Counted from the stretch's first letter, positions 1 to 8,483 are shown. The stretch is DNA of 32,000 nucleotides from Candidatus Iainarchaeum sp. (GCA_028710695.1 JAQTTP010000002.1:1-32000); one strand, 5' to 3'. Notes: generated from the letters alone by a model not told the origin. Numbers and translations are program-made.

Positions 1-7
1 ACATGGA

Positions 8-1426
8 ATGGTTGGGATTTTAGGATACTTTAACATTACCCTAGTCCTTATTGCTGTAGTTCTTTTATTTTTACTTACTGGCCACTTCTTCAGAAAAATA
101 ACAAAAGATATTCACAAAGAGTTTGGGGGAAAGATAATTGGCTTATTACTTCTTGTAAATGTTGTATTCTTAGTAACTGGAAATGACTTGGTAGTTTCTG
201 CAGTAATAGATGCATACCAAGATTATGAGGCAACAGAAAACAACCCAGTTGTATTCCCTGATTTTAACTTTTCAACAACCTCAAATGAAAATATTATTCT
301 TCTACAGCTCGAGTCTCTAAACTCTGCAGTTGTAACTCCTGAATACACCCCCAACTTTTTAGAAATAGCAAAGGATGGAGTCCTATTAAAAAAATATCAT
401 AACAACAGCATAAGAACAAACTTATCCCAAGATAATATTTTGTGTGGAATAAATGGAAATTTTAAAACTCCTTTTTCACACCATCCAGAAGATATTGAAA
501 ATACTTGTTTGCCACAGCTACTAAAAGACAGCGGCTACAAAACCCTATTCTTCAGATCAGATGTTCTAGAATTTACAAATACAGGAAATTATATGAAATA
601 TATTGGCTTTGATGAAGTACACCACGATGATATCATGCAAGAAGGTGACCTGAAATATCCTTGGGGTTACGATGATGCCTTATTTTACAAAAGAACTTTT
701 GAATACCTAAACAAAAACTACAAAGACGCAAACAACCTTTTTATTTACATCGAAGTCTCCTCACACCACATTCCATTCGACGAGAAAGAAGAATATGGAA
801 ACCACATTTTTTTGGAGCCACAAACCTTTACAGAGAAATACATAAATTCAGTTTATGTTCAAGATATGGCATTAAGAACATTTTATGATGATTTTAAGAA
901 ATACAACAATGGAAACACTCATTTAATCGTCCAAGGAGACCATAGCTGGCCAATAGGAATCCATGGAAATGTAAACAATGAAAAAGGATATTATGAAGAC
1001 AATTTCTTAACTTCTTTTATTTTCATTGGAAAACAAGGCCAAGGTTATCTAACAAATTACATAACCGAAGAAAGGTTTAGCGAAGTTGATACAGTTCCAA
1101 CAATATTTTCAATTCTTAACAAAGAGGAATATGAAAATTCTTTTGAGCCAGCTCTTAAAGGCCAGGAACCAACAAATTATGAAAAATGCCACATGCTTAT
1201 CCAGCCACATATGGATATGTCAATTTCTATTGTAAAATATCCTGAAAAATATACCTATCTTCTAAAGCAAAAAGAAATACATTATTTTGATTTAGCAAAG
1301 GACCCAAATGAAATGAATGAAACAGTTTTCGCCAAAGATGTGGGTCTAAAGGATTTCTTAATGACTTACGGCTGTGAAAGATATAAGGGCTATTACTCAG
1401 AGAACCTTATTATAACTGAAGAATAG
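8..1426 (+). CDS. LTA synthase/sulfatase-like membrane protein (alkaline phosphatase superfamily), probably truncated at its 5' end by the window edge
   Basis: Two hydrophobic N-terminal segments, then ENIILLQLESLN..TPNFLEIAKDGVLLKKYHNNSIRTN, VQGDHSWPIG and TVPTIFSILN, as in LtaS/MdoB-type sulfatase domains. Frame is open to base 1; stop TAG at 1424-1426. Confidence 0.7.
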   Translation: MVGILGYFNITLVLIAVVLLFLLTGHFFRKITKDIHKEFGGKIIGLLLLVNVVFLVTGNDLVVSAVIDAYQDYEATENNPVVFPDFNFSTTSNENIILLQLESLNSAVVTPEYTPNFLEIAKDGVLLKKYHNNSIRTNLSQDNILCGINGNFKTPFSHHPEDIENTCLPQLLKDSGYKTLFFRSDVLEFTNTGNYMKYIGFDEVHHDDIMQEGDLKYPWGYDDALFYKRTFEYLNKNYKDANNLFIYIEVSSHHIPFDEKEEYGNHIFLEPQTFTEKYINSVYVQDMALRTFYDDFKKYNNGNTHLIVQGDHSWPIGIHGNVNNEKGYYEDNFLTSFIFIGKQGQGYLTNYITEERFSEVDTVPTIFSILNKEEYENSFEPALKGQEPTNYEKCHMLIQPHMDMSISIVKYPEKYTYLLKQKEIHYFDLAKDPNEMNETVFAKDVGLKDFLMTYGCERYKGYYSENLIITEE

Positions 1427-1502
1427 GATTTTGAGGAAAAAGGATTTATATCTCTAAGGTCTATTTATTATATTATAATTTTATTGGGGAGAAGTGAGAA
1501 AC

Positions 1503-1706
1503 ATGGATGTATTGAAAAATGTTAGAAATAGAGGCGGTTTAACCTCAACAGTTATACAGTATACTTGTATGAATTGCAAAAAAGTTATTCTTGAATCTGG
1601 GCCTGGGGCTTACGGAAGAAGATTCTGCTGCGAAGACTGTAAAGATGAATATATGGAAAAAACAAAGCAAGCTTCTGACAAATATCAGCTTTCCGGAGCT
1701 AAATAA
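1503..1706 (+). CDS. Small Cys-rich (two CxxC) putative zinc-binding protein
   Basis: YTCMNCKK...RRFCCEDCKDEYM. The track GTG start (1494) lies in an SD-like GGGGAGAAGTGAG; ATG at 1503 preferred. Confidence 0.55.
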   Translation: MDVLKNVRNRGGLTSTVIQYTCMNCKKVILESGPGAYGRRFCCEDCKDEYMEKTKQASDKYQLSGAK

Positions 1707-1811
1707 GATTTATAGGATGTCAAAGATCATCCTGATTTTCTTTATATTGGTTTGATTTATCTTTTTCTTTAGCTTTTTTTATTTATATATCTGACTAATG
1801 TTGTCCTTACC

Positions 1812-2957
1812 CTACTTAGCTTTCTTTTTCATCAAAGAGTTATAAACAGCTATTAGTTCTTTGGTCTTGTTTTGGATAGACATTTCTTTTGCCCTCTCTT
1901 TAGCCCCTTTCTGCTTCTTTGTGTAAAGAGTCTTACCATTCAATAGCAAAAGGGTTTTTTCTGAGAAATCACTAACATTATTCTTTGCTAAAAGCCCACC
2001 GCCTTCTTTATCCAATACATCTATTACTCCATGGGCCTTTATTGCAACTACTGGTTTCCCTGCGCTCATTGCCTCTAATAAAACAATCCCTTGAGTATCA
2101 GTCAAGGATGCAAAAGTAAATATTGTACAAGCAGCATAAGCATCTGCCAAGTTCTGTTTGTCCAAAAATCCAGTAAACAATACTTTCCCCTCAAGACCCA
2201 ATTTCTTTGTAAGAAGCTCTAAAGATTTTCTTGCAACTCCGTCACCAACAATTGCTAAAACCACGTTCTTTTGTTTTTCTATTATCTTCTTTAAGGCTTT
2301 TATCAAAAAGGAAATATTCTTTTCATGCCCAACTCTGCCCACAAATAAAAGGATTTTTTCTTTTTTTAAGCCATACTTCTTTTTGAATCTTTCTCCATCT
2401 CCACCCTTAAACTGATCAATAATTATTCCTGTTGGCAAAACAACAATCTTTGATCCAACACCATAATCCTCTAATATTTTCTTGCTTTGCGGGCTTGGAG
2501 CAAGAGTAACATCACACTTTCCATAAAAGTTCACAATAACTCTTTTTGCAACTTTTTGCAAAGCCTTTGAAAATATTTTATAATATCCCGGAACATAATC
2601 CACAAACTGGGTGTGATATGTTCCCACTACTGGAATTCCATACTTCTTTGTTAACTTCAAGGCCTTTTGGCCTAAAGTAAAAAAAGAATGCAAGTGTATT
2701 AAATCAAATTTTTCTTTTTTAAATATTTTTTCTAAAGTGCTAAGAGGGATTGCTAATCTATAACCCGCAGCTTTAGGAACTTTAAAGGATCTTATTCTAA
2801 TTATATTCTTCTCCGTGTCTTTGTATCCCGGGTACCGCGGACAAATAACATATACATTGTGCCCTTTTCTTTCAAGCTCAGCCTTAAAGTTTCTAATTGA
2901 TGTTGCTGCGCCATCTATAGAAGGATAATAAGCATCTACTATAAAACATATTTTCAT
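1812..2957 (-). CDS. Glycosyltransferase family 4 (GT-B), diacylglycerol glucosyltransferase-like
   Basis: MKICFIVDAYYPSIDGAATSIRNFKAELERKGHNVYVICP; FVGRVGHEKNISFLIKAL; TFASLTDTQGIVLLEAMSAGKPVVA. Confidence 0.9.
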   Translation of the reverse strand: MKICFIVDAYYPSIDGAATSIRNFKAELERKGHNVYVICPRYPGYKDTEKNIIRIRSFKVPKAAGYRLAIPLSTLEKIFKKEKFDLIHLHSFFTLGQKALKLTKKYGIPVVGTYHTQFVDYVPGYYKIFSKALQKVAKRVIVNFYGKCDVTLAPSPQSKKILEDYGVGSKIVVLPTGIIIDQFKGGDGERFKKKYGLKKEKILLFVGRVGHEKNISFLIKALKKIIEKQKNVVLAIVGDGVARKSLELLTKKLGLEGKVLFTGFLDKQNLADAYAACTIFTFASLTDTQGIVLLEAMSAGKPVVAIKAHGVIDVLDKEGGGLLAKNNVSDFSEKTLLLLNGKTLYTKKQKGAKERAKEMSIQNKTKELIAVYNSLMKKKAK

Positions 2958-2996
2958 CTAACCACTACTTTTTTATTTACAATTCCTATATTTTAT

Positions 2997-4016
2997 ATGA
3001 AAAAAAATTCGTCGGTTATAACTAAAGCATTATTCGCCTTTATAATATTAATCATAATTCTTGCTTTTGCAACATACAAAAACACAAACAAAGAGCCAAC
3101 CAGTACACCAGATACAACCGCGCCAACAAAAACAGAAGATATTCAAGTTTATTTCTGCCCAGAAGACTGTCAAGATATAAACATTCTTTTCAAAGATATT
3201 AACGAACTTTACTGTTCCATCTATGACATTGAATATTCTTGGTTCTGGAGTAAAGCAAAGTCCCTTTACGATTCCAATAAACCCGTTTATATCATTACTG
3301 ATAATGAACAGCTCACAAACAACATCAAAAAGCTTGACCTATCTGTTCTTGAAGACATAAATTATGCTCTTTCTCTTGGGTTCTTAAAAAAAGATAATGA
3401 CTCCGGCTATATGCATAATAAGTTCTGTACTTTTGGGAACCACCTACTTATGGGAAGCAAGAATTTCAGCAACACATCTAATTATGATAATTTTATTCTA
3501 TTAGAAAACAAAGGCCTTTCCCAAATTGCAAAGGATGAGATCTTAGAAATGTATTCCGGTGAATTCAATGGTGGAGAAAAAACAATTTCTCAAAACGGGA
3601 ACATAAAACTCTATTTCTGCCCAGAAGATAACTGCGAATCTAAATATTTAGAAGAACTAGAAAAAGCAAAAGAAAGAATCCATTGTGAGTTCTTTTCAAT
3701 GACTCTAAACAGCCTTTCTCAAGCAATGCTTAGCAAAGCAAAATCAGGTGTAAACTTAAAAGCACTTTTTGAAAAATCACAAATCAGCCAATACTCTCAG
3801 CTCACAACACTTATAGATTATGCAAAAAAGAATTCTAAAGGCTACATACACAACAAGTTCTGTATAATCGATGACACAGTCATTACAGGATCTATGAATC
3901 CATCCAAGAACAGCAACACAAAGAATGACGAATCCATAATCATAATCCAAGACCCCAAGATTGCAGAGATCTACGAGAACAAGTTTCAAGAGCATTGGGT
4001 TGGATTAACAGAATAG
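2997..4016 (+). CDS. Membrane-anchored phospholipase D-like protein, two PLD repeats, first HKD degenerate
   Basis: N-terminal TM segment; GYIHNKFCIIDDTVITGSMNPSKN (intact HxKx4D..GSxN) and YMHNKFCTFGNHLLMGSKNFSN (Asp position replaced). Confidence 0.8.
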   Translation: MKKNSSVITKALFAFIILIIILAFATYKNTNKEPTSTPDTTAPTKTEDIQVYFCPEDCQDINILFKDINELYCSIYDIEYSWFWSKAKSLYDSNKPVYIITDNEQLTNNIKKLDLSVLEDINYALSLGFLKKDNDSGYMHNKFCTFGNHLLMGSKNFSNTSNYDNFILLENKGLSQIAKDEILEMYSGEFNGGEKTISQNGNIKLYFCPEDNCESKYLEELEKAKERIHCEFFSMTLNSLSQAMLSKAKSGVNLKALFEKSQISQYSQLTTLIDYAKKNSKGYIHNKFCIIDDTVITGSMNPSKNSNTKNDESIIIIQDPKIAEIYENKFQEHWVGLTE

Positions 4017-4115
4017 GTGTCAAACCTGTTTATGTATTCTTTTAATTGATTTGGTTTGTCTTATGCATCGCTTCTTTTTTGTCTAACTAATGCTGTTCTT
4101 TTCCATACTTGTGTT

Positions 4116-5660
4116 TTATTTCTTCTTTGCAATTACAAATAAGTGTTCGAAGTTCCATTCTGCTTTAGAAACAGGTTTTCTTGTGTACTTTTCTACTATT
4201 GAAAATCCAGCCTTATCCAATAATCCAATGATTTCATTAAGCTCCATTACATTCAGAAATACTTTTTCATCTGGTTTAAGAGGCTCTGTCAAAAAGATCT
4301 CTTCTGGCTTTCCGCCCTGCAATGCAATGTAGATAACTGAATCTTTTTTCAATATTTTATAAAATAGTTTAAGAGCCGGAAGAACATCTTTCTTAGGAAT
4401 ATGGATTAAAGAACAGCTTGCAAAGATCCCATCGAAAGAATTTGAAGGGAACGTAATTTTTCTAAAGTCTTCACATATAAATTCTCCTTTGGGGCATTTC
4501 TTCTTTGCAAGTACAAGCATTTCTTTAGACAAATCCACCCCAACAACTTGGAAGCCTTTAGAGTTAAAATAAGCAGAATCAAATCCTGGCCCACACCCAA
4601 TATCCAAGATTTTCCCTTTCTTAGGAACATAAGCCAAAAAATTGTCAATATAATCAGAAGGTCTTGAGAACTCTTTAGCATAAGGCTTAGCAATCTTGTC
4701 ATAAACTTGTGCTACTGCTTTAGATTTATCAGTTTTAGATTCAAGATAAGCTTTGATAATAGGAATTATTTCTTTACGCATTATGATGCCTTTTCTCTTT
4801 GTAATTCCATTTTTAAACTTTACAGTTAAGTTTTTTTCTACTATTTCTTGTGTTTCTTTATCTATAGCCACAAATTTGTTAAATCCTTTTTCTATATCAA
4901 TACAAGTCAAAAAAACAAAGTCAAAATTGTGTTTTGCTTTAATAGATAAAAGATTCTTTTTTATTGATTCAATATTTTTTTCTAAAAAAGAATCCACTCC
5001 AACAAGTTCAAACTGCACAATTCCCAGATGCAAATCATTAGTACTAACTATAGCAAGGTCTTCGGAAAATTGTTTTTTTAGTGAGCCTCTAATCTTAGAC
5101 TTATATTCAAACATATCCCTAATATAGTTATTCGGTAAGGACAATTGAGATTTTAACCAATTAGCCATTTTTATATCTCTATCTGTTGTTACATTTGCTC
5201 TAAAATTAATCGTATTAGAAACTATTGCAGAATAGAGAAGAGCCGCCGAGCCTTTAGACAGGGTAAGTTTTTTTGAGTAATATTTTTCTGCAATTAGAGT
5301 TGCTGCAGATCCAACCAGTTCAATCTGTTTTTTTGCATTTGGAAAACTATCTGCTTCATGTGCTTTCCTGTGATCTATAATCTCTATTACTTTATTTGGA
5401 TCTATTTTTTTAGATATTCCCTGCAAATCACTTGCATCTACAAGTATAATTTTATCTATTTTATTAACTATGTTCTCTGCATTCTGTAATTTAGGGATTT
5501 TAAATTTATTAAAAACAAATTTTGCTTCGTTATGGATATTTCCAAATACTGCCCCTACTGCATTTACGCCTTGTTTTACCAAGAATTCAGAATAAGCATA
5601 AGCACAAGCAGAACCATCTAAATCTGGATCCACATAGGGGGTAATTAGAATTTTATCCAT
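4116..5660 (-). CDS. Fusion: DHH/DHHA2-type phosphoesterase (family II PPase/exopolyphosphatase-like) plus class I SAM-dependent methyltransferase
   Basis: aa 1-~305: ITPYVDPDLDGSACAYAY, IILVDASD, EIIDHRKAH, GSAATLIAEKYY. aa ~318-514: VYDKIAKPYAKEF...KGKILDIGCGPGFDSAYF..VVGVDLSKEML..CSLIHIPKKD. One continuous ORF. Confidence 0.85.
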   Translation of the reverse strand: MDKILITPYVDPDLDGSACAYAYSEFLVKQGVNAVGAVFGNIHNEAKFVFNKFKIPKLQNAENIVNKIDKIILVDASDLQGISKKIDPNKVIEIIDHRKAHEADSFPNAKKQIELVGSAATLIAEKYYSKKLTLSKGSAALLYSAIVSNTINFRANVTTDRDIKMANWLKSQLSLPNNYIRDMFEYKSKIRGSLKKQFSEDLAIVSTNDLHLGIVQFELVGVDSFLEKNIESIKKNLLSIKAKHNFDFVFLTCIDIEKGFNKFVAIDKETQEIVEKNLTVKFKNGITKRKGIIMRKEIIPIIKAYLESKTDKSKAVAQVYDKIAKPYAKEFSRPSDYIDNFLAYVPKKGKILDIGCGPGFDSAYFNSKGFQVVGVDLSKEMLVLAKKKCPKGEFICEDFRKITFPSNSFDGIFASCSLIHIPKKDVLPALKLFYKILKKDSVIYIALQGGKPEEIFLTEPLKPDEKVFLNVMELNEIIGLLDKAGFSIVEKYTRKPVSKAEWNFEHLFVIAKKK

Positions 5661-5720
5661 AATTATAAATAATTAGAGTAAATTTAAAAAAGAAATAGAA
5701 AAAGGAACAATACAAAAAGA

Positions 5721-5763
5721 TTTATAATACATTTGTAATACAAAGGTATTATGGATGTAATAC
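5721..5763 (+). promoter_or_regulatory. TATA-like box and repeated TAATAC operator-like array at the start of the RHH gene
   Basis: TTTATAAT at 5721-5728, about 23-30 nt before ATG 5751 (leaderless geometry). TAATAC at 5725-5730, 5736-5741 and 5758-5763; inverted GTATTA at 5746-5751. Confidence 0.4.
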
Positions 5764-5993
5764 AAGTAAGGGTTCCCGAAGGGATTATGGAAGAAGTTGA
5801 CAGTCTTGTCAAAAAAGGGCTATACTCTAATAGATCTGATGTAATTAGAGATGCCTTAAGAAAATTTGCATTAGAATCTCAAATTGGCACAATTAAGAAC
5901 ACAGGAGATTCAGTACAAGAAATTAGAGAAATAAGGAAAAAACTATCAAAAGAAAAAATTGATTTGAATGAAATAAATGCCCTAGGGGAATAA
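5751..5993 (+). CDS. Ribbon-helix-helix (CopG/VapB-like) DNA-binding protein, possible antitoxin
   Basis: MDVIQVRVPEGIMEEVDSLVKKGLYSNRSDVIRDALRKFALES is a classic RHH_1 pattern. Confidence 0.85.
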   Translation: MDVIQVRVPEGIMEEVDSLVKKGLYSNRSDVIRDALRKFALESQIGTIKNTGDSVQEIREIRKKLSKEKIDLNEINALGE

Positions 5994-6422
5994 CTCTTCA
6001 GGTTTCATTACAGGAATATATTGTCCTGAAAGACCAATCAATAATTTGTCCCTTGTTACTAAAACAAAATTATTTCTTTTGCATATTGCAATATGCATAC
6101 AATCAAAAAAGCTTATTTTAAAACCAAATTCTTGTTCTAAATTTCGTGCAAAAGCGTAATCCTCTTCTGTTGCCTTAATATATACAAAATTCTTTTCAGA
6201 TCTTATATACTTTATCTTGTCTTGTAATTGATCTGCATCAAGTTTACCAGACAGTTCTTTTATAACAAATCCAGAATAGTAAATTTTATCTTCTGAAAAA
6301 ATTATTTTTTCAAAAAAATCTTTTGCTATTTTCCAAGATGGAACGATAGAATTAGAACCAATCTCCATCTTAAATAAGTTTAGCCAAATACAAGAGTCAA
6401 CATAATAGCCGTTAAAAGCCAT
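5982..6422 (-). CDS. PIN-domain protein (VapC-like ribonuclease candidate)
   Basis: YYVDSCIWLNLF (first Asp), SGFVIKELS, SFFDCMHIAICKRNNFVLVTRDK (later acidic residues). Overlaps the RHH gene tail-to-tail by 12 bp. Confidence 0.75.
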   Translation of the reverse strand: MAFNGYYVDSCIWLNLFKMEIGSNSIVPSWKIAKDFFEKIIFSEDKIYYSGFVIKELSGKLDADQLQDKIKYIRSEKNFVYIKATEEDYAFARNLEQEFGFKISFFDCMHIAICKRNNFVLVTRDKLLIGLSGQYIPVMKPEELFP

Positions 6423-6464
6423 TGTAAATATATAATCGAAAAATTAATAAATTGCTTACAAAAA

Positions 6465-6504
6465 ATAGAAAAAAAAGAAAACTAATCTAGAGACTAGTCC
6501 CTAG
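6465..6504 (-). terminator. Hairpin plus U-rich tract at the 3' end of the ribosomal superoperon
   Basis: Minus strand CTAGGGA-CTAG-TCTCTAG (6504-6487; 7-bp stem with one G.U) followed by ATTAGTTTTCTTTTTTTTCTATTTTT. Confidence 0.5.
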
Positions 6505-6640
6505 ATCTACCAAAACCTTGGCCTGGGATTCTTGGCTGGAATGGTCTATCGCCTTGAGAAGGTGATCTTCTACCTCTGAATCCACCACCGCTTCCGCCTC
6601 TACTGCCGCCACCACGTCTTGGGTTTGAGTTACGTTGAGG
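6494..6640 (-). other. In-frame Gly/Arg-rich C-terminal extension of uS2 located after the UGA stop
   Basis: Same frame as uS2, after TGA: PQRNSNPRRGGGSRGGSGGGFRGRRSPSQGDRPFQPRIPGQGFGRSRD then TAG (6494-6496). Translated codon by codon by hand. Confidence 0.6.
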
Positions 6641-7258
6641 TCATTGTCTATCTTCCTTACCTTGTTTGTATTCAAAGTCTTCAACTTTTTTCTTAAAATC
6701 AGTTCTTGATTTTATCATTCCTTTAACTAACATTAGCTCTCTGGCCAATAACCAATACACAGTTGCCAAACTCTTTCTTCCTCTGTTGTTACAAGGTATT
6801 ATGAAATCAATATACTCTGTTCTGTTCTGAGTTGTACACAAAGCGATTGTTGGTACTTTTATTTCTTTTGCTTCTTTTACTGCTTGATAATCTAAGTCTG
6901 GCTCAGCAACAAATACTAATTGTGGTTCTATAAAATCTTTTATTGTTGTGTTTGTAAAACTTCCTGGAATAAATCTTCCAATCTTTACCTTAAATCCAAA
7001 TATGCCTGCAAAAACTTGAATTGGTTTTGTAGCATAAATTCTTCTTCCAACTACAACAACTTTGTCTGCGTCATAATCTTTAAGAATATTTACTGCAAGT
7101 TTAACTCTCTCGCTAATATCCTCAATAGACAAAACTTTTAGACCATCTCTTTTGTTGCTATAGATAAATCTATTCATCCCATTGGATCTGTACTTTGTTC
7201 CAATATGGATTCCGCTCTTCAAAAATTCTTCTGGACTCAATAATAGTTCTTTTGACAT
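6641..7258 (-). CDS. rps2: 30S ribosomal protein uS2
   Basis: LLSPEEFLKSGIHIGTKYRSNGMNRFIYSNKRDGLKVLSIEDISERV...VVVGRRIYATKPIQVFA..GRFIPGSFTN; ends at TGA 6641-6643. GGTGAT SD upstream. Confidence 0.95.
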   Translation of the reverse strand: MSKELLLSPEEFLKSGIHIGTKYRSNGMNRFIYSNKRDGLKVLSIEDISERVKLAVNILKDYDADKVVVVGRRIYATKPIQVFAGIFGFKVKIGRFIPGSFTNTTIKDFIEPQLVFVAEPDLDYQAVKEAKEIKVPTIALCTTQNRTEYIDFIIPCNNRGRKSLATVYWLLARELMLVKGMIKSRTDFKKKVEDFEYKQGKEDRQ

Positions 7259-7277
7259 CATAATCACCTTTTAAACA

Positions 7278-8429
7278 TCATTTCCTCAAATCATTATAGA
7301 TCATTGTTAAATCATTTATCTTTGATATTCTCTCTCCGTTCATTAAAGATTCTTTTAGGTATGGAATTTTCCAACCCACCGCTAATTGTGCAATTGTTGT
7401 ATCACAAGTTTCTCCAGACCTATGTGAAATTACTGGAGTTATACCCTTGCTTTTTGCTAAATCAACAACTTCCTTTGCTTTTGATAAACATCCAATTTGG
7501 TTTGGTTTAATTATAATTCCATTTGCGGATTTATTTTTTATTCCTTCTTTTAATCTTTCAACATTTGTTACAAACAAATCGTCTCCGCAGATTATCTTGT
7601 CTTTTCCGAACTTGTCAACAAGTTCTGCAGATGCGCCAAATGAATTCTCCATAACTGGATCTTCAGCATAAAACAAATTATACTTCTCAATTATATCTTC
7701 AATAAATTTTAAGTATTTTCTTTCGTTCATTTTTTTATTTCCAAAGAAATAATTTCCGTTTTTGTAATAACTTGTAGATGCAAAGTCTACACCAACACAA
7801 AAATTCTCTAGCTTACTCTTTGTTGCAATACTCAAAGATTCCTTGTAATCTCCTTTAAATGCAATTGCACCTTCGTCATTTTTTCCAAAAAATATTTTCT
7901 TATCTGTCAAATGTTTTTCAACGTTTTTGTAAAATTGTATTCCATCTTTTACTCTTTTTGAAAAGTCATTTTGTTTGCTTGTTCCCAAAATTTCTTGTAT
8001 GGGCATTTTGTTTTGTGTGTGCAAGCCACCACCAATTGTGTTTGACAAAAGGTAAGGCAAATCTTCTTTCTTTGGGTTTTTATTATATAATTCATAAACC
8101 TGCTTCTTCTTTTTATAAGCAGATATTTTAAGATTAAGTATAGACAAAGCTAATGAAACTGCAGATCCACTTTTTGAGAAGTTTTCCCCACAAAGTTTTT
8201 CTAATTCTGAATCAAAATCCTTTTGGTTGATTCCAAAATCTAATTTAGGGATTACTTTTTTTTCAGCAAACAAAACAGCTTTATCAATGCCGTCTGGAGC
8301 AACAGAAACTTCGTAAGTGCCAACGCTCTTTCCAGAAGGAGATTGTGCGAAAACTAGATTATCATATGTTGCCAATACAGTCTCGCTTGCTCTTGAATCA
8401 TATATTTTGTATACTTTCACAGCCATTAT
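7278..8429 (-). CDS. eno: Divergent enolase
   Basis: YDSRASETV, PSGKSVGTYE, MPIQEILG, YAEDPVMENSF, ICGDDLFVTN, IIIKPNQIGCLSKA, VISHRSGETCDTTIA, YLKESLMNGERISKIN. Start uncertain (track start 8456). Confidence 0.88.
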   Translation of the reverse strand: MMAVKVYKIYDSRASETVLATYDNLVFAQSPSGKSVGTYEVSVAPDGIDKAVLFAEKKVIPKLDFGINQKDFDSELEKLCGENFSKSGSAVSLALSILNLKISAYKKKKQVYELYNKNPKKEDLPYLLSNTIGGGLHTQNKMPIQEILGTSKQNDFSKRVKDGIQFYKNVEKHLTDKKIFFGKNDEGAIAFKGDYKESLSIATKSKLENFCVGVDFASTSYYKNGNYFFGNKKMNERKYLKFIEDIIEKYNLFYAEDPVMENSFGASAELVDKFGKDKIICGDDLFVTNVERLKEGIKNKSANGIIIKPNQIGCLSKAKEVVDLAKSKGITPVISHRSGETCDTTIAQLAVGWKIPYLKESLMNGERISKINDLTMIYNDLRK

Positions 8430-8483
8430 CTTCACCATTGGGGTAATACCAAACACAATTTTATGTCTTTAGACATAAAAATT

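Noticed and set aside
6641-6643. Genome-wide UGA recoding (e.g. UGA = Trp or Gly)
   Set aside because: uL13, uL5, uL6 and enolase end at TGA in plausible positions, several genes use ATGA stop/start overlaps, and Trp is encoded by TGG.
6487-6684. 65-aa ORF on the minus strand (MKTLNTNKVRK...) after uS2
   Set aside because: It is the +1-shifted reading of the uS2 C-terminus and RGG tail, uses a TTG start, and shows no domain; the uS2-frame tail is a better explanation.
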